NCBI GenBank assembly: GCA_035286125.1 | Contig: JAYKIS010000013.1 | Span: 5,451 to 69,450 of the forward strand | DNA length: 64,000 nucleotides | Direction of reading: 5' to 3' | Source of the DNA: Candidatus Sericytochromatia bacterium | Lineage (GTDB): Bacteria > Cyanobacteriota > Sericytochromatia > S15B-MN24 > VGJW01 | Shown: positions 33,392-42,670 of the stretch, piece by piece | How the letters are laid out: every line of letters starts with the position of its first letter | Numbering within the stretch: the first letter of the stretch is position 1 | The notes under the pieces: model-generated | Database searches by the model: none | The model's input: the letters and a program-made list of their open reading frames with translations, nothing else | Told to the model about the DNA's origin: nothing | Position numbers and translations under genes: made by a program

Positions 33392-35248
33392 TCAGTCGAG
33401 TTGGTAGAGGCCCCAGATGTTCCAGATGGGACCGCCGATGGGCGTGACCTTGAGGTTGCCGTACTTGTTGCGGACCGGGTAGAGCTGGATGCGGTTCGCG
33501 ATGTAGAGGTAGGGCACCTGCTCCGAGATCAGGCGCTGGAAGCCGTGGTAGATCTCCTTGCGCTTCGTCTCGTCGAGCGTCGTCGCGCCCTTCTCGAAGA
33601 GCTTGTCGACCTCGAGTTCCCAGGGCTCGGCCTGCCACTTGGTGCTCTTGGCCAGCTTCTGGTTGAACATGTGCAGGCGTCCCTGCGAATTCCAGATGTT
33701 GCGGCCGTTGGCCGGGTCGAGCGACCCCGTGAACCCCATCAGCACGCCTTCCCAGTCCAGCGAGCTGGACGTCTTTTCGACCAGCACGTTGAAGGTGATG
33801 GGCTGGAACTTGAGGTCGATGCCCAGCTTGGCAAAGTCGGTCTTGAGAATCTGGGCGATCTGCTTGCGTTCGCTGTTTTCCGAGTTGGTGTTGAGCGTGA
33901 AGCTGACGGCGTTGCCCTTGGGGTCCTTGAGCACGCCCGAGGCGTCCTTGCGGTAGCCGGCTTCCGCCAGGATCTGCTGGGCCTTGGCGATGTCGAAGGG
34001 GTAGACCGTGACGTCCTTCGAGTAGAAGGGGCTGGTCTGGCTCTCGCACGAGATCTGCGGCTGGGCGATGCCCAGGTAGACGTTCTTGATGATGCTCTGC
34101 TTGTCGATGGCGTGGGCCAGGGCGCGACGGAAACGCACGTCGCGGAACCAGGCGCTCTTGACCGGGTCGACATAGGGCGTGCCGTCCGGCCGGACGTCAC
34201 GGTTCTGGTTGAGCGTCAGGAAGAGCGTCCCGAAGTCCGGTCCCGCCTGGTAGATGGTGAAATTGCCGGACTTCTGCTTGGGTTGCAGGGCGCCGAAGTC
34301 CTGGCCGCGCAGCGGCGCATCGACGAACAGCACGTCCGTCTCGCCGCTCGTGAACTTCAGGACGCCGGCGTTCTGGTCCTTGACGATGAAGATGACCATG
34401 CCGTCCAGGTAGGGCAGGCGGTTCCCCTTGCCGTCGACGCGCCAGTAGTAGGGGTTGCGCTTGTAGACGATGCGTTGCGAGGGGACGAACTCGGCAAAGA
34501 CGAATGGCCCCGAGCCGGGGATGGTCGTGACATCCGTGGCGATGGTCCACATCTCGTTGAACCTGGGCTTGCCTGTCTTGGGGTCCTTCTCCTTGACCGA
34601 CGCCTCGAGGGCGTGCCTGGGCAGGATCGGCAGCGCCGCGAAGGTCCGCAGGAAAGGTGCGAAGGGCTTGGGCGTCCGGACCTGAATGCGCAGGTTGTCC
34701 AGCTTGCGGACGGTCGGGAGCGCGTCGCCGATCGTCAGGATGTCCCGCCAGTCGGTCGGGATATCGGGGTTGAAGACGATCTGGTTGAAGGTGAAATCGA
34801 CGTCATCCGCTGTGAGGGGCTTGCCGTCGGACCACTGCAGGCCTTTGCGCAGCGTGAAGGTGTAGGTGAGGTTGTCCTTGGAAACCTCCCACTTCTCGGC
34901 CAGGGCTTCCTGCATCTTGCCCGTGAGCGCGTTGGTCTCCGCCATGCCCTCGAAGAGGAAATTGAGGGGCGTGGTCGAGGAGGTCTCCTGAGCAAGCGCC
35001 AGATTGAAGGTCTTGGGGTCCGAAATCATGGCGGCCATCAGGCGACCACCGTAGGTACCCACCCCTGCCTTGAGCGCATCGGTCGGCGGCGTCTCGACGC
35101 GGGCCGGCGTGACGGTCGTGGCGTCCTTGGGCCATTCGGGCGTGCCGCCCTTGGGCGTCGTCGACCCACTGCGGTCGGAGCCTGTACAGGCGACCAGCAA
35201 CGCGGTGCTGGCGGCCAGCAGGCCCCGGATGAGGCGGTTCGAGGTCAT
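33392..35248 (-). CDS. ABC transporter substrate-binding lipoprotein, family 5 (OppA/DppA-like)
   Basis: 618 aa. Signal plus lipobox MTSNRLIRGLLAASTALLVAC. Family-5 motifs include YTFTLRKGLQWSDGKPLTADDVDFTF, VYKRNPYYW and FRRALAHAIDKQ. Confidence 0.9.
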   Translation of the reverse strand: MTSNRLIRGLLAASTALLVACTGSDRSGSTTPKGGTPEWPKDATTVTPARVETPPTDALKAGVGTYGGRLMAAMISDPKTFNLALAQETSSTTPLNFLFEGMAETNALTGKMQEALAEKWEVSKDNLTYTFTLRKGLQWSDGKPLTADDVDFTFNQIVFNPDIPTDWRDILTIGDALPTVRKLDNLRIQVRTPKPFAPFLRTFAALPILPRHALEASVKEKDPKTGKPRFNEMWTIATDVTTIPGSGPFVFAEFVPSQRIVYKRNPYYWRVDGKGNRLPYLDGMVIFIVKDQNAGVLKFTSGETDVLFVDAPLRGQDFGALQPKQKSGNFTIYQAGPDFGTLFLTLNQNRDVRPDGTPYVDPVKSAWFRDVRFRRALAHAIDKQSIIKNVYLGIAQPQISCESQTSPFYSKDVTVYPFDIAKAQQILAEAGYRKDASGVLKDPKGNAVSFTLNTNSENSERKQIAQILKTDFAKLGIDLKFQPITFNVLVEKTSSSLDWEGVLMGFTGSLDPANGRNIWNSQGRLHMFNQKLAKSTKWQAEPWELEVDKLFEKGATTLDETKRKEIYHGFQRLISEQVPYLYIANRIQLYPVRNKYGNLKVTPIGGPIWNIWGLYQLD

Positions 35249-35305
35249 GGCTGCGACTCCGGCGTGGATGGGGATGCGGCGAGCGGATCGACGGGGCGAC
35301 CGGCG

Positions 35306-35545
35306 TCAGAGGGTCGGGCGTGCCAGGACCGCGAGGCCGATGGCCGTGAGGAACCACGCGGCCGTGATGAAGGCCGTGACACGGTTGAGGCCGGCCTCGA
35401 CGCCCTTCTGGCTGCCGAAGACGTGGGCGGAACCCCCGATGCCGGCAAGACCTTCTCCCTTGGCGGAGTGCAGCAGGACACCCACGATCAGCGCGAGCGA
35501 GAGCGTGAGCTGCAGGGCGGTCAGGACGATTTCGAGAAACTTCAC
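35306..35545 (-). CDS. secG: preprotein translocase subunit SecG
   Basis: 79 aa with a GTG start preceded by AAGGAAGG. Two TM helices flank the Gly-rich loop: LIVGVLLHSAKGEGLAGIGGSA... Confidence 0.85.
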   Translation of the reverse strand: MKFLEIVLTALQLTLSLALIVGVLLHSAKGEGLAGIGGSAHVFGSQKGVEAGLNRVTAFITAAWFLTAIGLAVLARPTL

Positions 35546-35574
35546 CGGTGAAGGGCCTTCCTTGTCTTGATGAT

Positions 35575-35583
35575 TTTATAACA
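35575..35583 (-). promoter_or_regulatory. candidate extended -10 promoter element (TGtTATAAA) for secG
   Basis: This is the only AT-rich patch in the accA-secG spacer. The minus strand reads ccgTGtTATAAAatca, about 30 nt upstream of the secG GTG, with the SD in between. No convincing -35 was found. Confidence 0.4.
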
Positions 35584-35587
35584 CGGG

Positions 35588-36559
35588 CTAGAACATCTCG
35601 GCATGACGCCCCATGGCGGCGAATTTCGCCGCACGCGTCTCGATGAGGTTGATGCCGGGTTGCCGGACCAGATCCTGCAGGGCCTCGTCCAGGGCCTCGG
35701 CCAGCAGCATCGGGGCCTGGACCGGGTCGCGGTGGGCCCCACCGGGGGGTTCCGGAATGATGCCGTCGATGATGCCCAGCTCCATCAGGTCCGGTGCCGT
35801 CATGCGCAGGGCCTCCGCCGCACGCATCGCCTGGCTGCCGTCCTTCCAGAGGATGGCAGCGCAGCCTTCGGGAGAGATGACGGCGTAGTACGCGTGCTCG
35901 AGCATCAGCATACGGTCGGCGACACCCAGCCCCAGCGCGCCGCCCGAGGACCCCTCGCCGATGACGATCGACACGATGGGAACAGGCAGGCGGGCCATCT
36001 CCATCATGTTCCGCGAGATCGCGGCGGACTGGCCCCGCGCCTCGGCGTCGATACCGGGATAGGCCCCGGGCGTGTCGATCAGGGTGACGATCGGCATGCC
36101 GAATTTGGCCGCGTGCCGGAACAGCCGGAGCGCCTTGCGGTAGCCCTCGGGATGGGCCATGCCGAAGTTGCGGGCGAGGTTGTCCTTGGTGTCGCGGCCC
36201 TTCTGGTGGCCGACGAACATCACCGTCCGGCCCCGGAAGACGCCGATGCCGCCCACGATCGCCTTGTCGTCGAAGCCCTGGCGGTCGCCGTGCAACTCGA
36301 GGAAGGACGTCGTGACGGCCTGGATGTGATCGAGCGTCGTCGGCCTCGCGGGGTGCCGGGCGATCTGGACGCGCTGGGAGGGCTTCAGGTTGCGCATGAC
36401 GGCGAGGCGGACCTGGGCCAGTCGGTCCTCCATGCGTCGGACCTCTGCGCCCAGGTCGACGGGGCTGGCGGCCGCGAGTTCGCGGAAGCGATCCAGTTCG
36501 CTCTCGATCTCGAGGATGGGCCGCTCGAAGTCGAGGACGAGACGCGGGCGGTTGCTCAT
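35588..36559 (-). CDS. accA: acetyl-CoA carboxylase carboxyltransferase subunit alpha
   Basis: 323 aa. Motifs: RVQIARHPARPTTLD, FGMAHPEGYRKALRLFRHAAKFGMPIVTLIDTPGAYPG, EARGQSAAISRN, GEGSSGGALGLG. ATGA overlap with the accD stop. Confidence 0.96.
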   Translation of the reverse strand: MSNRPRLVLDFERPILEIESELDRFRELAAASPVDLGAEVRRMEDRLAQVRLAVMRNLKPSQRVQIARHPARPTTLDHIQAVTTSFLELHGDRQGFDDKAIVGGIGVFRGRTVMFVGHQKGRDTKDNLARNFGMAHPEGYRKALRLFRHAAKFGMPIVTLIDTPGAYPGIDAEARGQSAAISRNMMEMARLPVPIVSIVIGEGSSGGALGLGVADRMLMLEHAYYAVISPEGCAAILWKDGSQAMRAAEALRMTAPDLMELGIIDGIIPEPPGGAHRDPVQAPMLLAEALDEALQDLVRQPGINLIETRAAKFAAMGRHAEMF

Positions 36560-37434
36560 GCCGGTACCCCCCGGTGCATCGCGAGCAATTGGGCGATGAC
36601 CTCACGCAGCTTGTGGCGCGGGACAAGCATGTCGATCTGCCCGTGCTTCATCAGCCACTCGGCAGTCTGGAACTCGGGCGGCGTCTTCTGGCGGATGGTC
36701 TGCTCGATCACGCGACGACCGGCGAAGCCGATGGTTGCCCCGGGCTCGGCCAGGATCAGGTCGGACAGCGTCGCAAACGAGGCCGACACGCCCCCTGTCG
36801 TGGGGTCGGCCAGCAGCGAGATGGCCAGCCTGCCGGCTTCGTGGAGCTGTGCCATGGCCGTCGAGGTCTTGGCCATCTGCATCAGGGAGAGCGTGCCCTC
36901 CTGCATGCGCGCACCACCCGAGGCTGTCACGATCAGCAGGTCGAGATGCTCGACCCGGGCAGCATCGATGATGCGGGCCACGCGTTCCCCGACGACCGAG
37001 CCCATGGACCCGCCCATGAAGCTGAAGTCCATGATGGCCAGCGCCAGGCGATGGCCGTGGATCCGGCCGATGCCCGTGAGCACGGCTTCGGCAGCCGGAT
37101 CGGTCGCGTGGGCCTGGGCAAGGCGGCGTGCGTAGGGCTTGGTGTCGACAAAAGCCAGCGGGTCTTCGGAGCGCAACTCGCGGCCGCGCTCCGTAAAGCT
37201 GCCCGGGTCTACCAGCTGCGCCAGCCGCGTGCGACCGTCGAGGCGGAAGTGATGGCCGCAATGCGGGCACACGTGCAGGTTCGCCTCGAGGTCCTTGTTG
37301 TAGATGGGCGTCCCGCAGGAGTGGCACTTGGTCCAGAGGCCGTCGGGCATATCCCGGCGGATGCGCTCCGTGTCGACCAGGGAGCGCTCCTTCTTGCGAG
37401 TCTCGAACCAGTCGCGGAGGGTCATGGGCGGCAT
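36556..37434 (-). CDS. accD: acetyl-CoA carboxylase carboxyltransferase subunit beta
   Basis: 292 aa. Zinc ribbon WTKCHSCGTPIY...HVCPHCGHHFR, then MDFSFMGGSMGSVVGE and SGGARMQEG. Confidence 0.96.
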   Translation of the reverse strand: MPPMTLRDWFETRKKERSLVDTERIRRDMPDGLWTKCHSCGTPIYNKDLEANLHVCPHCGHHFRLDGRTRLAQLVDPGSFTERGRELRSEDPLAFVDTKPYARRLAQAHATDPAAEAVLTGIGRIHGHRLALAIMDFSFMGGSMGSVVGERVARIIDAARVEHLDLLIVTASGGARMQEGTLSLMQMAKTSTAMAQLHEAGRLAISLLADPTTGGVSASFATLSDLILAEPGATIGFAGRRVIEQTIRQKTPPEFQTAEWLMKHGQIDMLVPRHKLREVIAQLLAMHRGVPA

Positions 37435-37487
37435 GCTAGCATGGCCCGCTTCCCAGCCTTGTCTTGCGCCATGTCGCCGGAGGTCCC

Positions 37488-38036
37488 GTGACGGAACCGA
37501 TCATGCGTCCCGAGATGGCCGACGATGCGTGGATCGCCCCCGGAGCGACCGTGGTAGGGGATGTCCGTCTGGGCTCGGGGGCGTCCGTCTGGTTTCACGC
37601 GACGGTCCGGGCGGACGTGTCGCCGGTGCGGATTGGCGGCGGGACCAACATCCAGGATGGTGCCGTGGTCCACGTGGATGCGGATGCGCCCTGCACCATC
37701 GGCAACCATTGCACGCTCGGGCATGGGGCCGTCGTCCACGGGGCGACGCTCGGTGATCACGTGCTGGTCGGGATCAGAGCCACCATCCTGTCCGGGGCCG
37801 TTGTCGGCAACGATGTCCTGATCGGGGCCGGTGCGCTCGTGACCGGGGGTGAGCGTATTCCGGATGGCGTGCTGGTTCTGGGCATGCCTGCCCGCGTCGT
37901 GCGTTCCTTGTCCGACGAGGAGCGCGAGGGCCTCAGGCGCTCGGCCCGCCACTACATCGCGAACGCCGCGCGCTACAGGGCCGCCGGAATCGAGGACGCC
38001 GCGCGCGGTTGGCCGGGCCCTACAGGTAGTCGTTGA
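37488..38036 (+). CDS. gamma-class carbonic anhydrase-like / left-handed beta-helix (hexapeptide repeat) protein
   Basis: GTG 37488 lies 4 nt after GGAGGT. Motifs: AWIAPGATVVGDVRLGSGASVWFHATVRADVSPVRIGGGTNIQDGAVVH, plus further hexapeptide turns. The track start TTG 37464 and ATG 37503 are alternatives. The 3' end overlaps the convergent PLD gene by 17 nt. Confidence 0.85.
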   Translation: MTEPIMRPEMADDAWIAPGATVVGDVRLGSGASVWFHATVRADVSPVRIGGGTNIQDGAVVHVDADAPCTIGNHCTLGHGAVVHGATLGDHVLVGIRATILSGAVVGNDVLIGAGALVTGGERIPDGVLVLGMPARVVRSLSDEEREGLRRSARHYIANAARYRAAGIEDAARGWPGPTGSR

Positions 38037-39285
38037 ACCACTCGGCCAGCAGGACCGAGATGTAGGACCGGGGCTGGATTTCGAGGTCGTGGTCGTTCGG
38101 CAGACGGGAAGTCGCCCAGTCCGCCTCGAAGACGCGTTTCTCGGCGTCGGCCACGACATCGGGGGCAGTGATGGCCAGTGAGACCTCGAGGTTCTCGTAC
38201 ATGCTGCGGGCGTCGGCATTGGCCGATCCCAGGACCACCATCCGGTCGTCGAAGGACCAGTACTTGATGTGGCTGAACGTCCGGTCGAACAGCCGGACCT
38301 CGACGCCGGCGTCACGCAGGATGCGCCCGTAGTGCTTGTTGACGGTGCGGAAGATCTTCGAGTCGTTGGCCACCGGCAACATGATCTGGACCGAAACACC
38401 CCGGCGGTGCGCCGCGAGCAGTTCGTCGATCAGCGTGTCCTCGCTGACGTAGATGTGGAACATGCGAATGCGCTCGCGCGCAGCCCGGATCGAGCGGATG
38501 AGCGCGCCGTGGATCTCGCGGCGCCGCTTCGGGTCGTACGGGTTGGTGATGGCCAGAGCCGCCGCATGGGTGCCGGCAGGCTCCGCCGCCTGAGGCAGGG
38601 GCAACGCCTCGGCCGGGCCGTCGCCCGACGTGTTCCAGTCCGACTGGAATTCCTGGTGCATCTGCAGGGCTGCGGTGCCGCGCACGTCGATCAGCAGGTC
38701 GTGCCACGAGACGGCATACTCGTCGCCTACGTTCATGCCGCCTGTCAGGCCCCGCTGGCCGTCCGCAAGGTAGAGCTTGCGATGCGTCAGGTGCAGGTCC
38801 GCCGCACGAACCAGCTTGCGGTTGTAGAGCCGCACCGGGATGCCGGCGTCCGTCAGGATGGTCGTGACGGCGCGGTCCGTGTCCCAGTGGCGGGACCCGA
38901 AGGTATCGAGGATGACCCGGACGTCGACGCCGGCACGCTTGCGTTCCCGCAAGGCCTGGGCGAGGGCGATGCCCGTGGCGTCGTTATGCCAGATGAAGGT
39001 CTCGATCCAGAGCGTGCGCCTGGCGGAGCGGACCAGATCGTGGATGGCGGCAAACCCCTCGGTGCCGTCGAGGTGGAGACGGATGTCGTTGTCGGTCGAG
39101 GGCTTGCGGGCCAGCTCCTGGCCGAACGCCTGAAGCATGGCATCGGCGCGGGTGTCGCGCGCGGCCAGCCGTGCGCCCGTGGTCGCTCCCCGGAAGCCGG
39201 GCAGGACGGTCCCGCACCCCTGGACCACGAGGGCCAGGAGGATCAGGAGGCTGGAGAGCAGACGCACAAAGGTGTCATCGCCCAT
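38020..39285 (-). CDS. phospholipase D / cardiolipin synthase family lipoprotein (two HKD motifs)
   Basis: 421 aa. Lipobox LLALVVQGC. HKD motifs THRKLYLADGQRGLTGGMNVGDEY and SHIKYWSFDDRMVVLGSANAD. Confidence 0.85.
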   Translation of the reverse strand: MGDDTFVRLLSSLLILLALVVQGCGTVLPGFRGATTGARLAARDTRADAMLQAFGQELARKPSTDNDIRLHLDGTEGFAAIHDLVRSARRTLWIETFIWHNDATGIALAQALRERKRAGVDVRVILDTFGSRHWDTDRAVTTILTDAGIPVRLYNRKLVRAADLHLTHRKLYLADGQRGLTGGMNVGDEYAVSWHDLLIDVRGTAALQMHQEFQSDWNTSGDGPAEALPLPQAAEPAGTHAAALAITNPYDPKRRREIHGALIRSIRAARERIRMFHIYVSEDTLIDELLAAHRRGVSVQIMLPVANDSKIFRTVNKHYGRILRDAGVEVRLFDRTFSHIKYWSFDDRMVVLGSANADARSMYENLEVSLAITAPDVVADAEKRVFEADWATSRLPNDHDLEIQPRSYISVLLAEWFNDYL

Positions 39286-39341
39286 TTCCCCAAAGGACTG
39301 ACGTGATTTAAGCTCGACTTTACCTTTGATCGGAGGTGGTG

Positions 39342-40283
39342 ATGGCGCGACTCGTCTTCATGGGAACGCCGGCCTTTGCCGTGCCCGCCCTCGAGGCCTT
39401 GCTGGCCGCCGGTCATGACGTGCTGGCCGTGGTCACGCAGCCGGACCGCCCGAGCGGGCGCGGTCAGCAGTTGCAGCCTTGTCCGGTCAAGGCCCGCGCG
39501 CTCGAGGCGGGGCTCGAGGTGCTGCAACCGGAGCGCCTGCGTCGCGACGAGGCCGTCAAGGCGCGCCTGCAGGACCTGGCAGCCGATGCCTTCATCGTGG
39601 TGGCCTTCGGTCAGCTTTTGCCCCCAGAGGTCCTCGCGATGCCCGCACACGGTTGCCTGAACATCCACGGGAGCCTGTTGCCCCGGCATCGGGGCGCCGC
39701 GCCCGTGGCGCGGGCGATCATGGCCGGTGATGCCGAGTCGGGCATCAGCCTGATGCGTCTCGATGAAGGCATGGACACGGGGCCGGTCATTGCCGAGGCA
39801 CGGACGGTCATCGGGGCCCGCGAGACGGCAGGGCAGCTGGCGGATCGCCTGGCGTTGCTCGGTGCGGATCTGCTCGTCCGCGAGCTTGGGCCGTGGTTGG
39901 CCGGGGCGCGGCCCGAACAGCCCCAGGATGAGGCGCGCGCCACGCTTGCGCCCAAGCTCGACAAGGCCGAAGCCGAGATCGACTGGTCGCTTGCCGCAAC
40001 TGTCCTCGACGCGCGTATCCGGGGCCTGTTGCCCTGGCCCGGAGCCCGGACCCGGTTCGCCGGTCTCGAGATCAAGGTCCACGCGGCCCAGCCCGGGGAC
40101 TTGTCGGCCGGTGACGCGCTCCCAGGCACGGTGGTGCGTGTCGATGCGGAGGGGTGGTGGGTGGCTTGCGGCACGGGGACGCTGCGTTTGTCGCAGGTCC
40201 AGGTGCCGGGCAGGAAGGCCATGCCGGCCGTCGAGGCGGCCCGGGGTCTGCCCGCTCTGGTCGCGGGTGTCCGGCTGGGCTGA
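39342..40283 (+). CDS. fmt: methionyl-tRNA formyltransferase
   Basis: ATG 39342 lies 5 nt after GGAGG (MARLVFMGTPAFAVPAL). Motifs: QPDRPSGRG, NIHGSLLPRHRGAAP, MRLDEGMDTGP. The track start GTG 39336 lacks an SD. Confidence 0.94.
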   Translation: MARLVFMGTPAFAVPALEALLAAGHDVLAVVTQPDRPSGRGQQLQPCPVKARALEAGLEVLQPERLRRDEAVKARLQDLAADAFIVVAFGQLLPPEVLAMPAHGCLNIHGSLLPRHRGAAPVARAIMAGDAESGISLMRLDEGMDTGPVIAEARTVIGARETAGQLADRLALLGADLLVRELGPWLAGARPEQPQDEARATLAPKLDKAEAEIDWSLAATVLDARIRGLLPWPGARTRFAGLEIKVHAAQPGDLSAGDALPGTVVRVDAEGWWVACGTGTLRLSQVQVPGRKAMPAVEAARGLPALVAGVRLG

Positions 40284-40286
40284 GGC

Positions 40287-40778
40287 TCAGGAGTGAGCGA
40301 GCGGCCGGACGACGGTCGTGGTCTTGAGCCCGCCCAGCATGTCCTCGACCGAGAGGCCCAGGATGGGATGTACGGCGTCAGGCGCAATCTCGGCCAGGGG
40401 TACGAGCACGAAGGCCCGGTCATGCATCCGGATGTGCGGAATGATCAGGCGCGGTTCCGCGACCAGCAGATCGTCGTACAGCAGGATGTCGAGGTCGATG
40501 GCACGTGGCCCCCACGTGACGGTCTGCTCGCGCTGCATCTCGGCCTCGAGGCCTTGCAGGGCATCGAGCAGGGACATGGGCGCCAACTGGGTCTCGATGC
40601 GGACGACGGCGTTGACGTACCACTCCTGGTCGGGCATCTCGAGCGGTTCCGTCTCGTACAGTTCGGAGTGACTTCGGACCTCGATCTGGGGATGCTTGGA
40701 GAGCTTGATGATGGCCCGGGTCACGAAGTCGGCCCGGTCCCCCACGTTGGAACCCAGCGAGACGTAGACTGTCGCCAA
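40287..40778 (-). CDS. folK: 2-amino-4-hydroxy-6-hydroxymethyldihydropteridine diphosphokinase (HPPK)
   Basis: 163 aa with a TTG start 5 nt after GGGGAGG. Motifs: VYVSLGSNVGDR, YETEP, WGPRAIDLDILLYDD, IPHIRMHDRAFVLVPLAEI. Convergent with fmt, with a 3-nt gap. Confidence 0.9.
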   Translation of the reverse strand: MATVYVSLGSNVGDRADFVTRAIIKLSKHPQIEVRSHSELYETEPLEMPDQEWYVNAVVRIETQLAPMSLLDALQGLEAEMQREQTVTWGPRAIDLDILLYDDLLVAEPRLIIPHIRMHDRAFVLVPLAEIAPDAVHPILGLSVEDMLGGLKTTTVVRPLAHS

Positions 40779-40812
40779 GTGCGCCTCCCCGGGAGCCGCT
40801 GCGGTGTCGGAA

Positions 40813-40832
40813 GGCCCCCTTGCCCGGGGGCC
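40813..40832 (-). terminator. GC-rich hairpin downstream of the Roadblock gene (possible operon terminator without a U-tract)
   Basis: GGCCCCC (40813-40819) pairs with GGGGGCC (40826-40832), a perfect 7-bp stem with a 6-nt loop. It sits in the 84-nt spacer between the Roadblock stop and the folK start. A TATGAT box lies just upstream on the minus strand. Confidence 0.3.
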
Positions 40833-40862
40833 ATCATAACATCCCCCGCCAGGGTGGCCGAT

Positions 40863-41285
40863 CTACTCCGCGTGGTGCATCTGGTTGATGGCGCTGGTCA
40901 GGGCCACGGCCGTCTGCTGGGCCTGGACCTTGACCAGGCCCGTCTTCGTCTGGTCGTCGAAGACCACGACCAGGATGTCGTTGGTTCCCAAGGCATACAT
41001 GAATACCGAGGCCGTCTCGCCCTGCTGGAACATCGCCTGGAACTCGGTCTCGCCAATCATGCGGGCGACGGCGCGGGTCGAGGCGAAGGCACCGCTGACG
41101 AGTGAGGCCATGGCCTGACAGTCGAGGCCCATGGTGTCGCCCTGTGTTGCCAGAACCTGGCCGGACTTCTCGATCAGGAGTGCGGCAACGGCATCCACGT
41201 CATGGACGAGACCTTGAAGGAGCTTCTGGATCCTCTGGATCCCGTCCTCGGTCACGACGAAGTTCGTCAGTATCTTGTTGATCAC
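40863..41285 (-). CDS. Roadblock/LC7 (MglB-like) domain protein
   Basis: GTG 41285 forms a GTGA overlap with the trmD stop. 140 aa. The stretch IQKLLQGLVHDVDAVAALLIEKSGQVLATQG...ASLVSGAFASTRAVARMIGE...ASVFMYALGTNDILVVVFDDQTKTGLVK fits the alpha-beta-alpha Roadblock pattern. The long track ORF extension upstream was rejected. Confidence 0.78.
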   Translation of the reverse strand: MINKILTNFVVTEDGIQRIQKLLQGLVHDVDAVAALLIEKSGQVLATQGDTMGLDCQAMASLVSGAFASTRAVARMIGETEFQAMFQQGETASVFMYALGTNDILVVVFDDQTKTGLVKVQAQQTAVALTSAINQMHHAE

Positions 41286-42121
41286 GGATGGTTTCCGGGC
41301 GGACGGGTCGGACGCCGCGCGACGCGGCCATCGTACCCCTCGGTCAGGGTTCGTAACGCCGCCTCCGGTGTGGTTCCGGCTTCGACGAGGTCTTCCAGCC
41401 AGCGCCGCTCCGCCTTCGTGAGCGGCGCCCGGTCCAGCAGGTCGGGGCGCCGCGCCCACGTCCGCAGGATCGCCTGCTGGCGCCGCCAGCGCCCGACGGC
41501 ACCATGGTCCCCCGAACGCAGCACTTCGGGGACGTCCCATCCCCTGAACGAGGCCGGCCGGGTGTAATGGGGCCAGTCCAGGAGACCGTCGGCAAAGCTG
41601 TCCTCATGGGGGGAAGCCGCGTCGCCCACGACCCCCGGCACGAAGCGAAGGAGGGCATCGACCATGACCATCACGGCCAGCTCGCCGCCCGTCAGGACGT
41701 AGTCTCCCAGCGAGACGTCCTCGGTGATGAGGTGTTCACGCACGCGCTCGTCGATACCCTCGTAATGGCCGCAGACGAAGACGAGCCGGGGCTGCGACGC
41801 CCAGCGGACTGCCGTGGCATGGTCGAACTGTCGGCCCTGGGGGCAGGGCATGATGACGGGTGTGCCCGGCGCGAACTCCAGGGACTCGACGGCCCGGAAG
41901 ACGATGTCGGGTTTCAGGACCATGCCCGGTCCGCCACCGAAGGGTCGGTCGTCGGCGGTGCCATGCCTGTCTGTCGCGTGGGTCCTCATGTCGTGGACAC
42001 GCAGGTCCACCCGACCGTGTTCCCGCGCCTTGCCCACCAGGCTCTCGGAGAAGGGACCCGAGAACATGCCCGGGAAAAGCGTCACCACGTCGAGGCGCGG
42101 AACGACCGGAGGCTGCGTCAC
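41282..42121 (-). CDS. trmD: tRNA (guanine37-N1)-methyltransferase
   Basis: GTG 42121 forms a GTGA overlap with the rimM stop. Motifs: LDVVTLFPGMFSGP, DDRPFGGGPGMVLKPD, VFVCGHYEGIDERV, SLGDYVLTGGELAVMVMVDA, DGLLDWPHYTRP. Confidence 0.94.
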   Translation of the reverse strand: MTQPPVVPRLDVVTLFPGMFSGPFSESLVGKAREHGRVDLRVHDMRTHATDRHGTADDRPFGGGPGMVLKPDIVFRAVESLEFAPGTPVIMPCPQGRQFDHATAVRWASQPRLVFVCGHYEGIDERVREHLITEDVSLGDYVLTGGELAVMVMVDALLRFVPGVVGDAASPHEDSFADGLLDWPHYTRPASFRGWDVPEVLRSGDHGAVGRWRRQQAILRTWARRPDLLDRAPLTKAERRWLEDLVEAGTTPEAALRTLTEGYDGRVARRPTRPPGNHP

Positions 42122-42660
42122 TCCGCGGGGTCCACGACGATGGCGTCGTCGTCGAACAGGCCGCCGGGCGGATCGACCCACAAGGTGCGCGCGTCCGCAT
42201 CGACCCGGGGGACCAGGGGGGAAACCCACGGCACGAGCACGGGCTCCTTGCGACCGGCATCGACTTCGAGCAGGTCCTGGACAGCCGTGACGACGGCACG
42301 CACCGTGCCGAGGGGGCGGTCATCCGTGGCGTGGCGGACCGTGAAGCCGACGACGTCCCCGAAGCGCACGCCGCCTGCCCGGACAGGCAGCGCCTGGTCA
42401 TGCGGGACCGTGAGTTCGGCACCCCTGAGCGCAGCGGCTTCCTCGGGTGTCGGGAACCCCTCGAAGGCCACGAGGGCGAGCTCCCCTGCCGTTCGGGCTG
42501 TCCGGATGACCAGATCCCTGGCGCGGCCATCCGGCCAGGTGGCCCGAATGTGCATGCCTACCTTGTAGCGGCCGGGTTGCCCGGCCACCGAGGTCACCTT
42601 GAGCTCGCCCCGAACCCCATGGGTCTTCAGGATGTGCCCGACGACGAAGCGATCCGCCAT
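42118..42660 (-). CDS. rimM: 16S rRNA processing protein RimM
   Basis: ATG 42660. MADRFVVGHILKTHGVRGELKV is the RimM N-terminal signature. The PRC-barrel-type C-terminal half includes VRAVVTAVQDLLEV. Confidence 0.9.
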   Translation of the reverse strand: MADRFVVGHILKTHGVRGELKVTSVAGQPGRYKVGMHIRATWPDGRARDLVIRTARTAGELALVAFEGFPTPEEAAALRGAELTVPHDQALPVRAGGVRFGDVVGFTVRHATDDRPLGTVRAVVTAVQDLLEVDAGRKEPVLVPWVSPLVPRVDADARTLWVDPPGGLFDDDAIVVDPAE

Positions 42661-42670
42661 GCCGCGCCGA

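Noticed and set aside
38020-38036. 17-nt convergent overlap of the gamma-CA-like gene and the PLD gene (possible antisense regulation).
   Set aside because: The gamma-CA-like tail (…GWPGPTGSR) looks like non-conserved read-through to the first stop. Short convergent overlaps occur elsewhere in this compact genome (for example 3252-3271).
40833-40845. TATGAT box upstream of the folK SD on the minus strand, considered as a folK promoter.
   Set aside because: There is no -35 partner, and the predicted TSS would fall inside the GC hairpin at 40813-40832. It is mentioned only under the hairpin feature.
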